Shown piece after piece: positions 61,555 through 64,000 of a stretch of DNA of 64,000 nt (within the stretch, counting starts at the first letter, position 1; each line of letters starts with the position of its first letter). A program made the position numbers and the translations under genes. Origin of the DNA: Octopus sinensis (lineage: Eukaryota); NCBI RefSeq assembly GCF_006345805.1, contig NC_043019.1:4277360-4341359 (forward strand), read 5' to 3'. The notes below the pieces were generated by a model. That model worked only from the letters and a program-made list of their open reading frames with translations. It was not told where the DNA came from and did no database searches.

Positions 61555-63034
61555 AAATGGAAAGATGAATTTTCTTGTTACAGATTATTCAAAAGTTTAA
61601 CCGATACCTGGGTAGCAAAAATCACAGCAGAAAAAAACACGGTTGGAGATAAGACCATTTGGTGTTGCAACCGTGCGTTGGTGCGGATAATTGAAGTTCA
61701 ATATAATTAGTGAATGGAAGAAATGGAGTTGAACGAAGATTGTACAGAATTCCTTTTATTACATTCTACTCATGTTTCAAAGGCCACAATTTTCCAAATT
61801 CTGATTAAATAAGGATACCATATTGCAGCTTTCTCTTCAGGAAAAACCAGGAATTACGTTGTCAGAACAAAACAAAACAGAGGCGCAGCAAAGCAATTCG
61901 AACGAGGACGCTCCTTAAGAGCACATGGGCAAACTGTTTATCAATGTACGTTGGTGGGGGCCGACAAAAGGTCCGTTGCAATAATTACAGGTCAGGCCGC
62001 GGTCAAATCTAGTAGGTGAGGAATTAATGAGAACAACGGGTGTGGAGATGTTCTGTGTGACCAAAACTAATGTTCTGAATATTTTAAGAATACAGGGTGT
62101 ATTTTTTAGGGGCGAGACAAAACCTACCTAAAAGCATGTATGTGTATACTAGCCTATGTGTGCGCGGCCGTATGTTGGCGGGGGGATCTAGATAATGAGC
62201 ACTGCTGAAAAAAGCCTGTCACGCGGCTGAAAAAATTCTGTGTTCGTGTGTTCGTCTGTGGCCTGCTTGTCTAAAAATTAACATCGTCAAAGAATCATAA
62301 GGGTATATATAATTCCAGCGTTTGCTTCTAAAAAAAACCGACCAATCTCCTAATGGGAGTAATTTCCCCTTGCAAGAGTTATTCATAGATTTTTTAAAAA
62401 GTTTTTTCAAAATTTATTTCCAAAAATTATTTTCATTTTAATATGGTAACAAGGTGTTAATTGTCTTAGGTATCATTTATATGTAAGATAAGTATGACGC
62501 CGCCAATGGGGACATCGAAAAGCCGTCATATATACGATGGGCTTCTTTCAGTTTCCGCCTACCAAATCCACTCACAAGGCTTTGGTCGACCCAAGGCTAT
62601 AGTAGAAGAATCCGGAACCATGTGGTTGGTGAGCAAGCTACTTACCACACAGCCACTCCTGCGCCTATGTTTGTTTATGAAATTTAATTCTTAATATTTT
62701 GTTTTTATTTTTCTAGGACCAGATGGCTGCTTTGGAGAATCTTCTAGAAGAATTACGTCAGATCAATAAACTTAGTGTTAATATGGAACAAAAAATGCAA
62801 TATTCAAGTGCCATTGCCAAGTACCAAGGACTGAAAATACATCTTCTTAAAAAATTCGACTACCGTAACAAAAGAACCGGCCTCCTTATAGATTCGCTTC
62901 CTGTAATTTGTGACATCTGCCAAGACTACAAACGTTATGTAAATTGCTCACAAGAGAATTATATTTTTAAGTTGTGTGGATTGAGATCACATATAAAGGA
63001 CTTTGATCTTCAAGAATTAAGTTTACAAAGTTAA
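17541..63034 (+). CDS. Spliced gene (10 coding exons, 855 aa): STAND/NB-ARC-like NTPase + winged helix + TPR-like repeats (NLR-like protein)
   Basis: Exons 17541-17720, 22233-23255, 24135-24291, 25332-25479, 42568-42677, 49443-49553, 51391-51534, 56353-56464, 58288-58552 and 62717-63034 join in frame. Intron phases are 0,0,1,2,1,1,1,2,0, all GT-AG, total 2568 nt. Motifs: FIGR, Walker A GLPYVGKT, Walker B ICIFDD, GLP (CGLPGLL), LSYFPGRF winged helix, then TPR-like helices. Confidence 0.88.
17750..18025. repeat. Fold-back element with ~75-bp arms (related design at 50580-50800)
   Basis: ATAAAAATACAGTGTACATTTAAAC...CTAGAAAGAGTA mirrored at 17950-18025. 50580-50800 starts ATAAAAATATCGTGTACATTAAAAC. 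Confidence 0.8.
18120..20515. repeat. 2.4-kb degenerate (AT)n/(ATGT) microsatellite field in coding intron 1
   Basis: Almost exclusively A/T with sporadic G; all ORFs here are Y/I/M/C artefacts. Confidence 0.95.
21096..21600 (-). mobile_element. maT-like (DD37D-type) Tc1/mariner transposase C-terminal remnant
   Basis: VWQQDSAPC...[16 protein letters not shown]; TA|CAGGG terminus at 21096. Confidence 0.78.
22233..23255 (+). CDS. Coding exon 2: rest of NTPase, helical domain and winged helix
   Basis: 341-codon stop-free stretch VCQELKDE...GAYYE containing [26 protein letters not shown] and [10 protein letters not shown] at 22231-22232, GTAAG at 23256. Confidence 0.93.
24135..24291 (+). CDS. 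Coding exon 3
   Basis: TTTTTGCCTTTCAG acceptor; [26 protein letters not shown]...ISLTNLP; donor GTATGA at 24292, phase 1. Confidence 0.88.
25332..25479 (+). CDS. Coding exon 4: TPR-like
   Basis: TTCTTTGCAG acceptor; [20 protein letters not shown]...[19 protein letters not shown]; donor GTAGGT at 25480, phase 2. Confidence 0.9.
28729..29920 (+). mobile_element. Non-autonomous Helitron with six tandem ~165-bp 5' units
   Basis: A|TC start, six repeats of TATAAACGGCAAAATGTCTG...CCCTGCAAAGCCATT (28740-29710), 3' hairpin and CTAG|T at 29917-29921. Confidence 0.72.
30360..31420 (-). mobile_element. RTE-tailed repeat with (GAT)n end and ~4 internal ~175-bp tandem units (family also at 20513-20905, 25978-26165, 26440-26815, 26975-27240, 33290-33540, 50830-51220, 51915-52570)
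   Basis: CATCATTTAACGTCC...GCTGGATGCCCTTCCTAACGCCAACC signature. Confidence 0.75.
32525..32775. repeat. (GAT/GAC)n trinucleotide microsatellite (similar tracts at 33790-34090, 34563-34830, 42240-42550, 56690-57180)
   Basis: Direct inspection; these produce the poly-D, poly-M and poly-T ORFs in the track. Confidence 0.95.
35784..36177 (+). mobile_element. Non-autonomous Helitron
   Basis: A|TCTTTATATATAAA start; CCCGAGCAACGCCGGG hairpin followed by CTAG|T. Confidence 0.8.
36178..41640. repeat. Tandem satellite, ~140-bp unit, about 38 copies
   Basis: Repeated AAATTTAAATGTTGAAACTGAATCTAACGG(T)nGTGTGTTCTTAAATGGCTTACAAACATCTTCCACACTGCAATTGTTTTCGTTCCAGCACACGATCTCAGATCAGGTCACTTGCTATGCGAGTACATCTCTGT. 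Confidence 0.97.
41790..42030 (-). mobile_element. CR1/Jockey-like LINE RT fragment
   Basis: LLTYVTHQ...KFDES and [18 protein letters not shown] resemble the RT segment WIxSFLSDRxIxVxVDG. Confidence 0.5.
42568..42677 (+). CDS. Coding exon 5: TPR-like (this frame is absent from the ORF track)
   Basis: TTTCTTCATCAG acceptor; (N)[36 protein letters not shown](G); donor GTAATA at 42678. The 110 nt bridge phase 2 to phase 1 exactly as the flanking exons require. Confidence 0.8.
42803..43401 (+). mobile_element. Second tRNA-derived SINE family as a tandem trimer (arrays also at 3575-4130, 7975-8580, 14015-14590 and 43930-44325, all on -)
   Basis: One head (AAGGCGGTGAGCTGGCAGAAACGTTAGC...GAGTTCAAATTCC), then ~180-bp GCCTTTCATCCTTTCGGGGTC body units; 15-bp TSD GGTAATACTAGTTGT at 42785-42799 and 43402-43416. 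Confidence 0.85.
45434..45654. mobile_element. Mariner-type MITE (related copies at ~46776-46966, ~52733-52950, and split at 51840-51910 / 52610-52710)
   Basis: Termini like GAGGGGTGCTGAAAAGT...ACTTTTCAGCACCCTC with a shared internal sequence. Confidence 0.65.
45865..45937 (-). ncRNA. Type I hammerhead with palindromic stem III and long stem II
   Basis: Minus strand ATGCAG-CTGATGA-[AGAT ATA TCAAATAT AC GCTT GCC AAGC ATATTTTGA AAA ATCC]-GAA-ACCGGT-A-CTGCAT. Stem I is 6 perfect bp. Confidence 0.82.
46070..46313. repeat. Fold-back member of the 60210-60519 family retaining only the 3' half of the hammerhead
   Basis: Perfect 40-bp arms 46162-46201 and 46274-46313; GAAAC GATT GT A at 46265-46276; shares TATAAGTTCAGCAAAA...ATCAAAATAAGCAAC with 60210-60335. 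Confidence 0.75.
48430..48475 (-). ncRNA. Minimal hammerhead, CpG-decayed, within a tRNA-headed element
   Basis: Minus strand GACAC-CTGATGA-A-GGCTG gagggtatat CAACT-GAA-AT GT-T-GTGTT. Confidence 0.6.
49149..49196 (+). ncRNA. Minimal hammerhead, 3' arm of stem I lost by a small deletion
   Basis: GACAC-CTGATGA-A-GGCTG gaaggtatat CAGCC-GAA-AC AT GT-T-AACAA. Confidence 0.6.
49443..49553 (+). CDS. Coding exon 6: TPR-like
   Basis: TTCTTTTTGCAG acceptor; [37 protein letters not shown]; donor GTGAGT at 49554. Confidence 0.9.
49617..49651 (+). ncRNA. 35-nt minimal hammerhead-like motif (U4C in core)
   Basis: GTTT-CCGAAGA-A-GAGC TCT GCTC-GAA-AT GT-A-AAAC. Confidence 0.62.
50016..50079 (-). ncRNA. 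Type I hammerhead, mirror copy in the left arm of an inverted repeat
   Basis: Minus strand CCATG-CTGACGA-GAATA...TGGTC-GAA-ACTG ATT CAGT-A-CATGG. Core intact; stem II base has one A-G mismatch. Confidence 0.75.
50231..50295 (+). ncRNA. Type I hammerhead ribozyme, intact core
   Basis: CCATG-CTGACGA-A-GACTA[CAGG TATCC TTAC GGATA ATAA]TAGTC-GAA-ACTG ATT CAGT-A-CATGG. Stem I 5 bp, stem II 5 bp plus extension, stem III 4 bp, GUA cleavage triplet (cut after 50290). Confidence 0.85.
51391..51534 (+). CDS. Coding exon 7: TPR-like
   Basis: CCTTTTCTCTTTCCACAG acceptor; (K)[20 protein letters not shown]...[13 protein letters not shown]; donor GTAAGT at 51535. Confidence 0.9.
51605..51825. mobile_element. 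piggyBac-type MITE
   Basis: TTAA|CCCTTTAGTGTT ... AACATTAAAGGG|TTAA. Confidence 0.8.
53366..53815 (-). mobile_element. Second maT-like transposase remnant
   Basis: High nucleotide similarity to 21260-21600. Confidence 0.75.
56353..56464 (+). CDS. Coding exon 8: TPR-like
   Basis: TTTTCCTTCCAG acceptor; (E)[36 protein letters not shown]; donor GTAAGT at 56465, phase 2. Confidence 0.9.
57520..57555 (+). ncRNA. Decayed minimal hammerhead of the same design as 49617
   Basis: CTTT-CTGCTGA-A-GAGC GTAG GCTC-AAA-AC AT-A-AAAG. A6C plus two CpG-type G-to-A changes. Confidence 0.5.
58288..58552 (+). CDS. Coding exon 9: TPR-like
   Basis: ATTACAG acceptor; (M)[22 protein letters not shown]...[13 protein letters not shown]...FESCE; donor GTATGG at 58553, phase 0. 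Confidence 0.88.
59150..59605. repeat. Fold-back element with ~115-bp arms
   Basis: TTAATTATAATAAAGGGTTAA...CTACTAGTAAAAAAG mirrored at 59485-59605. Confidence 0.8.
59713..59800 (+). ncRNA. Type I hammerhead with long stem II; 3' arm of stem I clipped by a SINE insertion
   Basis: AATTGG-CTGATGA-GTGCTCAGCATTTTA..TGTTGTAA TAC TTACAACA..TAAAATGATGTAGTAC-GAA-ACGATCGT-A-CCAG. GUA triplet, cut after 59796. Confidence 0.8.
60347..60437 (-). ncRNA. Type I hammerhead, intact inverted partner of 59713-59800
   Basis: Minus strand AATTGG-CTGATGA-GTGC...GTAC-GAA-ACGATCGT-A-CCAAATT. Confidence 0.82.
61068..61106 (+). ncRNA. 3'-truncated hammerhead remnant
   Basis: CTGATGA-A-GGC ag a GCAT ttctt ATGC aga GCC-a-GAAAT, followed by a SINE junction; no cleavage triplet or stem I. 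Confidence 0.35.
61764..61843 (-). ncRNA. Type I hammerhead, near intact
   Basis: Minus strand TTC-CTGAAGA-GAAAGCTGCAAT...ATTGTGGCCTTT-GAA-AC ATGA GT-A-GAA. Stem II pairs at 11 of 12 positions counting G-U; stem I is only 3 bp. Confidence 0.7.
62717..63034 (+). CDS. Coding exon 10 (terminal)
   Basis: TTTATTTTTCTAG acceptor; [15 protein letters not shown]...CDIC...LSLQS then TAA. Confidence 0.88.
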   Translation, partial: DQMAALENLLEELRQINKLSVNMEQKMQYSSAIAKYQGLKIHLLKKFDYRNKRTGLLIDSLPVICDICQDYKRYVNCSQENYIFKLCGLRSHIKDFDLQELSLQS

Positions 63035-63151
63035 ATGATTATTTCACTAACATTGTTCAGCATTTTTCCATGGAAACGGTTTATTGGTAAGATAAGATGA
63101 AAGGGAAATGATGAATCAGATGAGACTAAATTCCTTATTCTATTATATTCT

Positions 63152-63157
63152 AATAAA
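63152..63157 (+). terminator. Candidate polyadenylation signal
   Basis: AATAAA about 118 nt after the stop codon, just before a SINE. Confidence 0.45.
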
Positions 63158-64000
63158 CTTATTTGTTCTCTTTACTCCTTTTACTCTTTTACTTGTTTCA
63201 GTCATTTGACTGTGGCCATGCTGGAACACTGCCTTTAGTCGAGCATATCAACCCCAGGACTTTTGCCGAACCGCTATGTTATGGGGATGTAAACACACCA
63301 GCATCGGTTGTAAAGCGATGTTGGGGGGGACAAACACAGACATACAAACATACACACACACACACACACACACAAATACACACACACATATATATACATA
63401 TATACGACGGGCTTCTTTCAGTTTCCATCTACCACAAGGTTTTGGTTGGCACAAGGCTGTAGTAGAAGACACTTGCTCAAGGTGCCACACAGTGGGACTG
63501 AACCCTGAACCATGTGGTTCGTAAGCAAGTTACTTACCACACAGCCACTCCTAGCCTATAGGATAAGTGCCAGACTTAAAAGATAAACAAGTACTACGGC
63601 CAATTTCTTTGACTGAAAACCTTGAAGGAAGTGCCCCAATATGGCCACAGTCTAATGACTGAAACAAGTAAAAGATACAACATAGAAGACAGCTTTATTT
63701 GTAGAGAGGGGACACCTAACACTAACTAACACACCCTTTCAGCTGTATTGGGTTCTCCTTTTTTATAATTACCTTTATTTTCCTACTGTTTCTTTGCCCT
63801 CACCATCACATTCTCGGTCACTGTTGTGCTCCTCTGTACTCCGACACCCTCCAAGCTACACTTCACTTTGCCTTACTAATGTGCCTACTCCCGTTCATGT
63901 TTCTTGTCTGTATGCCTACCTCCCTCCGTACTGCTTGCAACAACTTCTCCAGTACTTCTCTCTATTATTAGCCCCGCCTCTTTTTTTAAATAAAAAGTAC

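Overview
AT- and microsatellite-rich eukaryotic genomic DNA, most likely an octopus (inferred from the tRNA-derived SINE families and the AT/GAT/CAC microsatellite load). One spliced protein-coding gene spans most of the window on the + strand. I reconstructed it by hand as 10 coding exons (17541-63034) with GT-AG boundaries and matching intron phases at every junction, giving 2568 nt or 855 aa. The product is a STAND-class (NB-ARC/NLR-like) P-loop NTPase, then a winged helix, a TPR-like array and a Cys/His-containing tail, with essentially no N-terminal effector domain. The introns are packed with SINEs, RTE, R4-like and CR1-like LINE fragments, a decayed Penelope-like ORF, Tc1/mariner and maT remnants, MITEs, two non-autonomous Helitrons and a 5.5-kb array of a ~140-bp satellite. 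The most unexpected signal is a cluster of 11 type I hammerhead-ribozyme motifs from about 7 unrelated sequence families, all between 45.8 and 61.9 kb. Several have fully canonical cores, most sit in inverted-repeat pairs, and two lie on the gene's sense strand with intact cores. One family is a SINE-like unit that joins a tRNA-type Pol III head to a hammerhead. All RNA folds and translations outside the ORF track were done by eye; nothing was computed or searched.
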